From: a virus
Taxonomy: Duplodnaviria > Caudoviricetes
Strand: one strand, 5' to 3'
DNA length: 56,680 nt
Virus record (IMG/VR): IMGVR_UViG_3300045125_000107
Coordinates: 1-56,680 of that record
Both the position numbers and the translations under genes were made by a program. Positions 36,023 to 47,290 of this stretch are shown piece after piece; positions within the stretch are counted from its first letter, which is position 1, and each line of letters opens with the position of its first letter. Below the pieces are notes generated by a model. That model made no database searches. It was not told where the DNA came from and worked only from the letters and a program-made list of their open reading frames with translations.

Positions 36023-36979
36023 TCAGCGAGCCGAACCCTCGCCTGTCGTATGCCTGATACGCCTTGAGCATCCGGTTCCGCGCGACGGGATCATCCCAGA
36101 TGTCCTGCCTCGATCATAGCATGCCTTTCTCTCCGTGTCACGTGCACCTCTTTGCGGGTGCTGGCGGGTGCGTGTTCGCGTCCGTTTCCGGTCGGCGGGG
36201 CCCTGCGCTTGGGCTGCGCGGGCGCGGTCGGCGCATCGTCGCCGATGCTGCTGGCGACGCGGCGCGTCAGTTCCTCCCAGTACTCACGCGGGCGGCGGGG
36301 TTGTAGCCCTCCGCACGAGATCCGTCGTCGATGGCCTTGGTGATCCGGCTGTCGCGGTCGCGGCCTTGGGGTCGCAGCCTCACGGGTTGGCGCTGCGACC
36401 CGCTCCGCCGCGTAGTTGGTTACGCGCGGATCGAGCTGCAGGTCGCGACACCTGCTCGCGCGCCTGTGCAACCTGCTGCTTGCAGCCCTGGCAGCTGATT
36501 GGCGGCCGCCTTGGCCTCGCTCGCGAATACGCATGGCGGCGATCATGTCGTCGCCGTTGCCCGCCTCCGCCCGCGCGAGCCATGACCATGCTCGGCTGCC
36601 GCACTCGTGCGTGGCACTGCTGCCTGCGCCGCGCGTCGAGCGTCTGCTCGTTGCTGCTGATCGCGTGGCCCTCGACGGCGCCTGCAGGCATGCTGCATCA
36701 TCTCGGCGTTCTGCTGGCGCAGGAACTCGAGTTCGTGGTCAGCGGCCTCCTTGGCCTGCCAGAAGTTCGCGCCGCTTGACGCGCTTCGCGTCGGCCTTGT
36801 TCTTACTCGATGTCGTCGTCGAGGTCGTCCTGACTGTCGGCAAGCCGCCGCTCTGCCATCCGTCTCGTCGTCGTCGTCCGCGTCATCGTCGGCCTGTTGC
36901 GTCTCGCCCGGCTGGGGGAGGGTATCGGTCTCGATGATGTCGAACTCGCTGCCGTCATTCTCGTAAGGGTATCAGCCAT
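36023..36979 (-). CDS. Putative capsid scaffolding protein
   Basis: Acidic N-terminus, long coiled coil, W..ANPW...YWEELTRRV, AMIEAG.WDDP. Confidence 0.7.
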
Positions 36980-36990
36980 TGGTCATCTCC

Positions 36991-37398
36991 TCAGATATAC
37001 GCCTTCATGCTCAGCGGATCGCCGAAGATCCGCCCCAGCAAGTCGATGTTGAACATCACGAACACGTCCTTGCTCCTCGGTTCTCACGCTCCACCGGTCG
37101 CCGTACTTGGGCGCACGGACGAAGTCGCCGACCTTGCACCACGACCTGGGCCACGCCCGCAGGTTGCGGTTGTGGAAGAGACTGCCCACGGCCACTGCCT
37201 TCGCGGCCTGCGTGTTCCAGCGCTCGGTCTCCTGCGTGTCCTCGGGCAGAATGGACGCCGGCCGTCTTGCTCTTCGGCCGTGCGGGATTTGCACGATGAC
37301 GCGCGAGCCGAAGGGCCCACGCCGGGGTCGATGACGGGGAATGCCTCGCCGATCCCGCTGTAGTCGAACTTCACTTTGTTCAGCACGTAGTCCTGCAT
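36991..37398 (-). CDS. groES: GroES-like co-chaperonin
   Basis: PFGSRVIVQI...KT..GIILPEDT...VAVGSL...WCKVGDFVRAPKYG...VMFN. Confidence 0.75.
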
Positions 37399-37417
37399 GT
37401 GCGCTCTTCTCCGCAGG

Positions 37418-37595
37418 TTAGAGATCGGCCTTGCGCTCTTGCTCGACACCATCTCGATCAGGGTAATTTTGGCCAGTTCCAGCCCTGCATGCCGACGGCG
37501 CGGCCGTAGTCGAAGCTCTCCTTGCCTGTGGGTCTTCCAGCCTCCCGCGGCAACAGCCCGCGCCGCCCAGCGTTGGAGAAAGCCCGATCCTTCAC
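37418..37595 (-). CDS. Small conserved hypothetical protein
   Basis: SFDYGRAVG...GLELAKITL; typical small gene upstream of phage GroES. Confidence 0.5.
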
Positions 37596-37714
37596 GCCGT
37601 TCCGGCCGCCGCCGACCTCGGGCAGCGACGCCCGTGGCCATCTTCTTGTGCTGCTTGGATGGCCTCACCGGCCTGCGGCTTGACCTCGCCGCTCGGGCGG
37701 GCTCTGCGTTGTTC

Positions 37715-38057
37715 TCAGCCGCCATTGCTCGGTCTCTTTTTCTCCGCCGCGAGACGATCCCGCAGGTTGCACCCTCTCCAGCTTCCAGGAGTTGTTGATG
37801 GCGTTCTCAGCACGCTGGAACTTGCGGGCCAAGCTCGGCGTCGAAGTTTTCGGGCCGGCGGGCGCGCCCTCGCCCACCACGCCGAAACCGTTCTGGCATT
37901 TCGATGATGCAGAGGGCAGAGACCGTGCCGCGCCGGCTGGAGATAACCCTCCCCGCTTGATCTTGGCCCGCATGCTCTCCAGCGTGACGCGCGGCGCGAC
38001 GGCCACGGCGGCGCGCCTCTCTCGGCCTCGGTTGCTCTCAGTGCATCGCTGTCCCAT
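37715..38057 (-). CDS. Gp49/Gp66-family phage protein
   Basis: APRVTLESMRAKI...C....NGFGVVGE.A....NFDAELGRKF..ENAIN..WKLEG. Confidence 0.7.
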
Positions 38058-38084
38058 TCCGCAGCGCCTCCTTTACGGGTTAGT

Positions 38085-40657
38085 TTATCCCGGTCCCCGT
38101 GGAGACCGGCGATCCGTTCGCCTGAGGTGATCTCCGCCGTCGCCAGCTCCAGCGCCGTGCGGTTGTCCTCGGTGTTCATCTGTGCATGCGCGCCTCAGCA
38201 GCTCTCGGCCACGGTGCGCTGGTCCTCGGGCCTCGGGCCTTCTGCTGCTGGAGCGCCATCTGCTGCTGCAGCTTGGTTCCGCCTGCTTGTCTGCGTGTCC
38301 GTCTGCAGCTTGGCCTGGCCGGAACTGGGCGTCCCGCTGCGCCTTCGCCCGTCGAGCCGCAGCTTGGCCTCGCGCCGTCTGGTTCTGCATCTGCGCCGCC
38401 TGCATGGCGCCTGCCTCGTCGTGGGTCCATGGGCCGCGGTGCGGCGAACTGCTGGGCCATCTCGCTGCGCCCGCTGGATGACGGCGGGCATCTGGGCGAA
38501 GACCTTGTCGCCCTCCTCCACCACCAGCGCGCCCTGCTCTCGCCAGCGCGCGCGGTCGAGCGCCTTGCGTGCGCCCGTGTCGCCCTGTGATGTGCTTCAT
38601 GTCCTCGCCGATGTCCACGCCCGCCGCGTCGCTGGCCACGTCCAGTACGCTGCTGGCGTACCACATGGCGATGCTGCTTCCTTGAGGTGCTGCATCATCA
38701 CCGGGAGGAAGGCGTGGGCGATGAGCGGTACCATGCCGAAGGCCTGGCCGCGCAGGTACGCGAGGTGCGTCTTGAGGTGCGCGATGTGGTCCTGCTCGGG
38801 AACGCCGACAACGGCCCGGCCGATGCGTGGCCGCGACGTTCTCGTTGACGGCGTTCTGCTGCTCCGGCTCCACGGCCGGCATCGAGCAGGCTCGTCGGCG
38901 TTGGGGATCTTGCAGCGTGTCGAGGATGCGCTCCTCGACCTTGCGCGCGGTTGTACAGTTCGGGCAGGCAGCTGCGACGCGCTGCGCCACGGCCTGCACC
39001 TGCGCGAAGCGCTGCGCCTCGCTGAAGATGTTCGGGTCGCTGACAGGCACGACGTCCATCGGGCCTGTCGAAGCCTGCGCGGGTGGCCAGCTCCTCGCCG
39101 CACCTCGGCCTCGATGTCCTCGTCGTCGAGGTACATGCCGTTGAGGCGGTGCAGCATCCTGCAGCACGCGCGCCATGGCGTCGTGCAGACGGGCGTGGAT
39201 CGCGCTGAACACGACCATGCCCTGCTCGAGTCTGAGCAAGCGTGGCGCCCACCGGCGCGTTCGCGTTGCCGTCGGCTGATGTCGTCGATGCGTGGTGCGG
39301 ATGACGCCGTTGCCGGCGTCCACCACGAAGCCCAGCAGCTGGAACAGGACCGGGCGACGGCGGGTTGAACGGCAGCGGCATCGCCAGCTTGCGCACGTCG
39401 TCGATGTTGAGGCCGCCCTCGATCTCCTCGACCTGCGTCGGGCTGGATGTTCAGCGACTGGCCGCCGCGCGATGCCGCCCTTGAGCTTGAGCATGGTCGG
39501 CGCGTTGCTGATGTGCGCGCTGTCCATCAGGGCGCGGAGCGCGCCGTAGCGGCCGCCGACAGGCCGCCGATCATGTGCGGCAGGCCGATGGGGTAGGCGC
39601 CGCGCCACGGCACGAACGGGAACTCGACGAACCACGTGGAGCTCTTCGTGGCTCTCGTCGTCCTCGTCCCAGTTGCGGTAGAGCGCCAGCACCTTGTTGG
39701 TCGTCTTGTCGATGGTGATGATGTACGGGGCGGCCGTCGCCTCGCCACGCTGTCGCCGTCCACACGAAGCAACGCGTGCGTACTCGTAGACGGTGCGCAG
39801 GCCGTCCTCGTTGTAGCTCGTGTCGCTGCGGCCCTCGATCTTGTCGTTGGCCTTCTGCGCGACGGTCGGGCTCAGGCTGCATGCTCGGCGGCGTGAGGTC
39901 CACGTCGCGGTACATGCCGCTCTTGACGCGCAGGTCGTAGTCGAGCTGCGTCGATGTACTGCACGTGCGTCTTGCGCTGCGCGGTGTAGAAGTTGGTCGC
40001 GGCGAACGGCAGGTAGCATGTCGTCGATCGGCACGAACAGGAAGCCCGGGCGATTGCGTCGGCGTCGTCCCACGAGAGCTTCAGGTACTGCGGCCCCGCC
40101 CAGCGGCACCTGCGTCAGCAGCTGCTCGATGCTCGCCGCGGAACTCTCGGACTCTGCACCGTCAGCTGCCAGTTCGAGCAGCGCCGTCTTGCGCTTGGCC
40201 GTCTTGACCTTGTCGTCGCGTCACCTCGCCGGGGATGAAGTCCTTAGCCGGGCCCGCGGCGGGAAGAGCTCCTTGACGGCGCGGGCGGCGAAGTCCGACG
40301 CGTGGCCGCGGCCAGCATCGGGTGGACGACGCGGCTGGCGCCTCGAACTGCGCGCCGCCCGGCGCGTCGTCGCCGAGGCCGGTGCGGCGCAGGCCTTCCT
40401 CGTACTGCTCGTCGCGCTTCTTGCGCGCCTCCTTGTCCTTGGCGATCAGCTCGATCAGCCCGGATCGCGAGCGGACGCCAGCTCCTGATCGTCCAGCACG
40501 TCGGCGAGGTTCTCAAGGAAGTCCTCGCTGCGGGCGGCCTCCTCGTCCTCAAGGCGCACGATGGCGCCGCCGTCCTCGGTGTCCTCGACGTCGTCCTCGT
40601 CGCTCTCGGGCAGCTTCGACCATCTCGCCGTACTCGTCGCGCCTCGTCTTCTTCCAT
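38085..40657 (-). CDS. Portal protein
   Basis: YEEGLRRTGLGDDAPGGA, VVHPML, FLFVPIDDM, FVEFPFVPWRGAYPIGLPHMIGGL, ALRALMDSAHISN, DVVPVSDPNIFS; follows TerL. Confidence 0.88.
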
Positions 40658-40666
40658 GGGTCAGTC

Positions 40667-42178
40667 CTATGCGGCGTACGGGTTGGACGACCGGCTTGCG
40701 CGGCGGAGTAGGCGCTGGGGCTGGCCTCCTTTACCATGCGACACGAGGCCCTTGTCCAATACGAGGCGGACGCACTGCGTCGTGGCGTCCACGTGAGTCG
40801 TCGTGCTTGATGCTGCCCGTGCCGGTGAATGCGCAGGCTGCGCCAGCAGCGGCTCGACCCAAGTGCGCGGCTGGCCGGGCCGCTTGTCGCTCTCCGGCAG
40901 CCGACACGCGGCCACGCGCGAAGACGTGGCTGACCATGTGCAGGCGTGCCAGCTTGTCGGCGCGCCGCCGGGGTTGTAGGCGTAGGCCTCGATGCCCTCG
41001 CGCTCCAGCATCTGGCGCAAGGCTGATGCCGCTGCCCTTGTCCTCGATCAGGCAGGAGGTCGGGCTTGCGGCCAGACGTGATCGGGCTTCGACGCCGCCG
41101 AACATGGGCTTGATCAGCGCCGTGTCGTCGATCGTCGCCGTAGGCCACGTTGAGTCTCCTTCTTCACCCGGCGGATCAGGTCGGGCATGCCCATCTGCTC
41201 CGACCCAGCAGTCGAGCAGCAGGAGGTTCGTGGTGCGCGTCTTGTCGCGCTCCGTGGTGCTGAAGGCGCCCATGACCGACGCAGGCCGTGCTGTCCGGGA
41301 TCGCCGCTGCTTCCGGTCGTACGTCGCCTCGGTGAAGGCCGTGTCGAGGCTCAGCACGATGTAGGTCAGAGCGCGGCAGCGGCTTGTCGGTCGGGCCACA
41401 GCTTCATCCAGCTGCGGCGGCATGATGCCGCTCTCCTCCGGGTCGATGAGTCTCGCCGTGGAGCTCTTGGCGGCCAATCGTCGTGCCCTCGTACTGCTCC
41501 AGCTGCTCGAAGAAGCTGTCGGGCAGGTCTCGCCTTGTTGTCGAACGTCGAGCCGCGCACGATCGACGCGGCCGGGCTGCGGCGCGCTCAGCTTGCGGAT
41601 CAGTTCCTTGGGCTTTGGCGTCGTGGTCCACAGCACCTGCGGCCGTTGCGCCCGAGGCGCATGCCCATCATCGCCATGTCCCACGTGTCGCTGTCGTACT
41701 GCCACGCCGCGAGCCTCGTCGAACCAGCTGCGCGTGTGCTGCGGCGCCGCGCAGCCGCTCCGGCTTCGGCGGTGAAGCCACGGAGCGCCGACACGCCGCC
41801 CGCGATGTTGCGGATGCGGATGATCGTGTCCGACTTGTTGTACTCGACAAGCAGATCGGGCGGCAGCACGGACAGGATGCCGCTCTCGCCTTCGAGCAGG
41901 TGAAGCGCACGTCGCCGTAGGTCGGCGCGATGACGCAGCCTATCGAAGCCGCTCGGTCTCGAACGCGGCCTCGCGTGATCTCACTCGGGCGCCGACGCGG
42001 CTCTCGCCGGAGCCGCGCCCGGGCGAGGTAGCCGCACTCGCTCCAGTCGCTCTCCTGGCGGTATCTGGGCCGGGCGCGCTTGGTCTGCGCCCAGCGCCGC
42101 TGCCAGTCCATCGTGAGGCCAGCGACGCTGTCGGCGGCAGCTTGGCCAGATCGAGAAGGCGAGCGCGGCGGCGTCCAT
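40667..42178 (-). CDS. terL: Terminase large subunit
   Basis: AGRG.G.T Walker A region, IAPTYGDVR, WTTTPKPK, GSTFDN, GRQELHG, nuclease SLDTAF and IEDKGSGISL, HDD.VDA. Confidence 0.92.
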
Positions 42179-42349
42179 CAGGCGTTGCGGTAGAGCCTTC
42201 GAGGGCCTGCGCAGCTGGCCGTTCATGGCGCGCACCACCAGTAGCGGTCGGCACCGCGTTGGGCATCTTGTCCTCGCTGACGCGAGTCGCTGCTCGATGT
42301 CACGCACGCAGCGCCCGAGCCTCGGCGATGCGCCGCCACGGGCGCCAGA

Positions 42350-42819
42350 TCATGCGTCGCGCTTTGCGGCGCGAAGGGCGGCGGCGACGTTGGCGGGCGA
42401 TCTCGGCCAGCGTTGGTCTCGACCTTGAGCGCCTTCGCCGTCCTTGTTGCCGACATCCACGGTCTGCTTGTTGCCGCACTTCTTCGGGTTCCAGCAGGCG
42501 AGCAGCTTGAGCGCGGGTGTCCACCTGTGCGCGGCGCCACGCGACGTGGCCCGGGCTCGATCTTGTTGTCAGCACCCGCGCGACGGCTGCTCGTCGATCA
42601 GGTCGAGGGCCGCTTCCGCGATGGCGTCAGCGTTCCGGTATCCTGCGCCAGCGCGACGCGTGAGGCGAAGTCCGGGTCGGAGGCGATCCAGTCGTACACC
42701 GAACGCCACGACGGCATGCCCTCCTGACGGCGCAGCGCCTGCAGGGGGACGCCATCGCTCAACCCCCGATGATGCGCTTCTCGACTGCGGTGGACCGGGT
42801 GACAGGCCTCTCTGGCCAT
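42350..42819 (-). CDS. terS: Terminase small subunit
   Basis: GLSDGVPL..L.RQEGMPSWRSVYDWI..DPDFA...RAQVDTRLKLLACWNPKK.G. Confidence 0.85.
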
Positions 42820-42862
42820 AGCTGCACGCCTCCGCTTCGTGGCAGGACTACCAGAGCCGCAG

Positions 42863-42891
42863 AGAATAGCATCAGGCTCGAGTTTAAGCAA
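42863..42891 (-). promoter_or_regulatory. Putative late-operon promoter
   Basis: TTGCTT-17 nt-TATTCT with extended TG, about 45 nt upstream of terS. Confidence 0.55.
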
Positions 42892-43029
42892 GGCGGCCGC
42901 TCGAGGCCACTCTCCGGGCGAACGGACGCAGCCCCAGCGACCGGCCACCAGCCCATCACTTGCAAAGCCTTACAGCACGACAAGACACACGAAAACTTTG
43001 CAAGTACCACTGGACGGGCGGACATGGCG

Positions 43030-43070
43030 CCGGACATACACCCCTCTCAAGGGAGGGGTGTAATGTCCGG
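43030..43070. repeat. Long inverted repeat preceded by GGAC direct repeats (possible origin or packaging site)
   Basis: CCGGACATACACCCCTC-tcaagg-GAGGGGTGT(a)ATGTCCGG; upstream tGGACgggcGGACATggcgccGGACAT. Confidence 0.7.
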
Positions 43071-43168
43071 TCCTACTTCCGCACCAGTACACCCCCATCC
43101 AGCCCACGAGACCGTCCAGAAGCAAACCGCTCCTTTGCCCTACGATAGGCACGCCCGACCGAGTCCGC

Positions 43169-44145
43169 TTATTGTCTTCCCGTGCGACGGCGCAAATCCC
43201 GCGCGCGGCCCACGTCTTCTGCCACGCTATCGCCGCCCTCCAGAATATCGAGCAGAAGACCCGCCTTGCTGGACCCGATGTCCACCAGCGCCTTTGTCTT
43301 GGCGCCATCCTTGGCCACCAGTGTTTGCGTAATTTTACCGTAAGCGTCGGTAATCCTCAAATACATAGGGCAATTTGTTCTCGATGTCCACCGATGTCCG
43401 CCCCGGCGTCCTGCGCGGCCATGCTGGTGGACCCGCACCAGCGCTTTGTCCGAGGCGCGGAGTTAACCCGCTTCATGTCCACATCGCTCAACTTGGCAAC
43501 GCTGCCGAGATTAGCCGCCTGCCAATTTCTGGTGGCATGATCCAGCACGAGAGCGGACAAATCCAGAGGGACACTGGCCTCCTCGATGATGTTGCGCAGG
43601 TGCTCCTTCGATGAACGTTTCCGGCACGTTTGCCTTGTCGATGCCCGCAGAAGTTTGCGAGTAGGTATCGATTACGCACAGAATGCGCCACGCCAATATC
43701 GCTTTATCATCCATCGCCTCAAACACGTCATCGTCCCTGTACTCACTCGCGGCTTGGATGCCCTCACACTCGTAACGTTTAGCGGCCAAGATGCTCCTGT
43801 TCTCGTTTGCCCTCCGTATCCAGCGCCGGGCGCTCCTGTGCCACTCTAAGAGGAAGCCTTGCTTGCCCGCGTCCACCTGAAGACAGCGGCCGGCGCACGC
43901 AGCGCATCACCACCCTGGCTGCTTCAGATACAGTACCAGGTTGGGCCAGCCAGCCCCATCCACTCACTACCGGTAGACACAGCGGCGGCCATGCCCAGAG
44001 CAATGAACGTCTTGAAGCTCATCGAGGGGCCGTACATCCAAGTGATGCCGCGCATCGCACGAACCCTCGATCACGTCACACATATCCTTTGCTGGTCTGC
44101 AGCACTGCGAGCGGATTGGCCCACACAGGTTTATCGGTAAATCAC
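43169..44145 (-). CDS. Stand-alone RepA/AAA_25-like (RecA-fold) helicase/ATPase
   Basis: Read directly on the minus strand: RGITWMYGPSMSFKTFIALGMAAAVSTGSEWMG (Walker A), VLYL..EGG, LCVIDTYSQT (Walker B), LVLDHAT, LGSVAKLSDVD. Confidence 0.7.
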
Positions 44146-44233
44146 GCCGTCAGTCCTTTCATGGGTGGTGTACCCGGGAACAGTGACACCACCGGACAAA
44201 CGGCAAAGACGCCGCTTAAATGTCTTTTTCCTG

Positions 44234-44295
44234 TTGACGGTGTAAACCACCCGCTTTACAAGTACGTCATCAGCAAAGAAGGAACGATCACCATG
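44234..44295 (+). promoter_or_regulatory. Repeated promoter/operator cassette, copy 3
   Basis: TTGACG-gtgt-AAACCAccCGCTTTACAAG-tacgtcATCAGCAAAGAAGGA...ATG. Confidence 0.75.
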
Positions 44296-44472
44296 GGACC
44301 TCCGCCGTTCGCATCACCAACAACTTTGGCAACCGCGCAATCTACCCGGTCCGCGAGAAGGCCAAGCGCTTCGCCGACCTCGTTGGGACCAAGACCCTGA
44401 TCGTCCGCGCCATCGTAGGCAGATCAAGGGCCTCTGGCTTCGAAATCCGCGCCGCGCAGCAAACCCTCATAA
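44293..44472 (+). CDS. Small early hypothetical protein
   Basis: NNFGNRAIYPV.EKAKRFADLVGTKTL...IKGLGFEI. Confidence 0.55.
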
Positions 44473-44757
44473 GGAGACCGATGATCGCCAGCCGACCACT
44501 TTCCGGCACCGCCATCGCCCACATGCGCCAGACCCTCACCGATGAGCAGCGCGCCAGGCGTCGGACAGCCCAGATGGCCAAGTGCGCGTGCGGCAACATC
44601 GCGCCGCCTCGGCACCACCCTGTTCGGCCGCTGCCAAGCGTGCGGACGATCAGCGGGAAGAACGCAGGTACGCATCCGCGCGTAGAGCCTCGACCGGTAG
44701 CCGGACTTCCGGCGTCGATCTGCGCAGCGTGCTGCGCGACATTCTGGCGAATAGTGC

Positions 44758-44821
44758 TTGACCACGTAAACCGCCTGCTTTACTGGTGCGTCATCACCAA
44801 CGAAAGAACCCAATCACCATG
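44758..44821 (+). promoter_or_regulatory. Repeated promoter/operator cassette, copy 4
   Basis: TTGACC-acgt-AAACCGccTGCTTTACTGG-tgcgtcATCACCAACGAAAG...ATG. Confidence 0.7.
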
Positions 44822-45159
44822 GCGGTTTACTATTCAGAAGCGGAAGCCATTGATGCAATCAAGGCAATGGGCTTTGAGCCTAAGCAAGTTCACGTCGGCC
44901 TGTGGCGCAAGAACTGCACAACGCAAGGTAGCCTGTCCGACGCCGCAGTGAGACTGTGGCGCTTGTCCGCCTGTCTTTAATCGAGTGGCGCCTGGTGCGC
45001 GGCGGCGTCATTTCTGGACGCTGGGTTGGCAATGAACCTCCTCGCCCACCTCACGATCTACGCACGGGCGGCTACGGCGGCTCGCCGCGATCATCCACAC
45101 AATCACGCACAATGGGCCTGCCATCTGCAAGCTACTGCGCGAAACCAAGGGGGGAATGA

Positions 45160-45375
45160 CGCTGTAAAACTATTTTGCCACGCTCAACGCCGCGCTTGAG
45201 AGCGAAAGCTTGTTCGGACCTGTGGCTATGCGGCCAGCGTTCCTACGGCGCGACGGTAGGACTTGCGGCCAATGGCCGCTGGATTGACGTCTACCGTGAC
45301 GAATGCGGGGCATGCGAACGCCCGGTGCACTACGCAACGCTCATGGCGATACGGGCCTCATTCATTTGTCCTGAT
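45160..45375 (+). CDS. Small hypothetical protein, paralog A
   Basis: NYFATLNAALESE.L...NGRWIDVYRDECG..ERPVHYAT. Confidence 0.55.
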
Positions 45376-45403
45376 CAACCCCAACCAACCGGAGCAAACT
45401 ATC

Positions 45404-46060
45404 ATGACCAATATCACTATCTCTATCGACGCCGCTTTCGTTGACGCCGCGATGTGCGCCATATCGAAGAGGAAACCCGCCGCTATCTCAAGGGCGTGTT
45501 CCTCGACAGCCCGCGGGTTCATCGCGCGACAAACGGCCACATCGCATTTGCCGCCCGCTGCAATGACGCGTTCGCTGGTCCGATTGCCGCCCGGCGTACG
45601 ATACCGCCGGACAATCCAATGCGGGCGTGATCGTGCCCGATAGCGCGATCGCGCAAACAGCAAAGCGGCCGGGCGCAGCGAGGCGCGTACGTCGACATCG
45701 AACGCGACGACAACGGCCTGTGGTGGATCACGTGCGGGAACGCGCGGGTTCACTTCGTGCCCGTGGATGGCTCGTTCCTGATTGGACCAGGATTGTGCCC
45801 ACGGCGCCCGAACACCACTCACGGCCGCGCACTATCAGCCGCAGTACGTCATGGCGATGGGCAACATGGCCAAAGCGCTGCGCGACGGCAGAAAAGCCGG
45901 CGCGCTTGCCAGTACCGCATCCACAGGCGGGCAGAACCCGGCATTGGTGACGTTCATTGGCGATGACGGCCCGCGCACTGATTGCCTGGCGGTTCTCATG
46001 CCCGTGCGCACGTACGAAACGGACTGACGCCGCGTTTGCCGCGACGTTCACCCACGCCTG
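45404..46060 (+). CDS. Beta sliding-clamp-like protein (two domains)
   Basis: AISKEETRRYLKGVFLD..GFIAATNGHIAF, VPVDGSFPDWTRIVP, LAVLMPVR resemble DnaN central and C-terminal motifs. Confidence 0.6.
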
Positions 46061-47020
46061 AACCACGCCAACCACGTTGGGACCAAGACCCTGACCGACC
46101 GTGAGCCGATCACTTCATTCGATCCGACCGCGCGTTTCTTCGCTCGGCCGTTGACGGGACGCCGTGCGTCGAGTTCCAGCCCGCCACGCCGCGCCTTTCC
46201 AACCGCGCTACGGTGGCGGACTACGCGCGCCGTATTCGCCGCTTTCAGCGCTTTGGCTGGTAAGGAATAAATCACCATGAGCATCACCAAAGCACAAGCG
46301 GCATGCGCGCTACGGCATGACGCTACAGGACGCGCACCGCATCCGCGACTTGGCGCTGCAACGCCCTGACCGCAAAGCAAGTCGAGGAAGCGCGATTTGC
46401 ATGGCAGACCATGCGCGACACGCCCTGAGTCACGGCATCCGCGAAGCATCCGAAGCCATCCACCTGCGCTTCCTGTCTGCGCTGGCCGATGGGCTCACCG
46501 TGCGCGAAGCAATCGCGGCAACTGCGGACTATGCGTCCGCCTGAAAAAGTGAGGCAATCAACCACACCACCCGCGCACAATGGCGTACCATCTGCGAAGT
46601 GCTGCGCGAAGCCAGAAGGAACGACACCATGAACACCGATATGGCACTACAAAGGCTGGACCGTCAGCTTCTGCCGACACGCGATCCCGTCGCGCGACTT
46701 CGACTGGTCAGCACGTCGCCTGACTACGACGTCGGTTGCGACCAGAACGGCTGGTACCGGTGCGCAGGCCAGATCGTCAGCGCGACCTACGAGGCCCTGC
46801 GCGGAGATCGAGGACGCCATCGAGGGGATGCGGCATGGTGCGGCCGTCCGCCTCTGGAGCATCGACGGCAGCGTCGATCCGCATGACGGCAGCGCGACAC
46901 GATCCGCGTCGAGCCGGAGACCTTCACCAGCTGGTCGACGCCATGTGCGGGCCACACTCGAGTACGAGATGCGCGCCGAGCGGCACAGCGGGCGCACCAT
47001 CGAGTTCGATGTGTTGGCGC

Positions 47021-47077
47021 TTGACCGAAACAGCACACGCTTTAAGGCTGCGTCATCAGCAACGGAGACACGACATG
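47021..47077 (+). promoter_or_regulatory. Repeated promoter/operator cassette, copy 5
   Basis: TTGACC-gaa-ACAGCAcaCGCTTTAAGGC-tgcgtcATCAGCAACGGAG...ATG. Confidence 0.7.
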
Positions 47078-47290
47078 CAGAACTGGTTCCCCACCCTCAA
47101 CGACGCGCTCGCCGCCGAAGACCTTGTCTCGGCCTGGCCTCGGCGTCAACCTGAGCGTACGGCGAGACGCGCGGTCTCTCGGCTGGCGGTCGCTGGATCA
47201 GCATCACCCGCGACGAGCAGGGCCGCTACGAGCGCCCGATCCACTACGCCCAGGTTCCCGCCACCTACCCCTCGGAGTACAACCTGTGAC
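47075..47290 (+). CDS. Small hypothetical protein, paralog B
   Basis: MQNWFPTLNDALAAEDLVSAW...GGRWISITRDEQGRYERPIHYA. Confidence 0.6.

Noticed and set aside
10900-42800. Long + strand ORFs in the ORF track (e.g. 18780-19748, 29053-30114, 38127-39368)
   Set aside because: They are antisense shadows of high-GC minus-strand structural genes and show no recognisable motifs.
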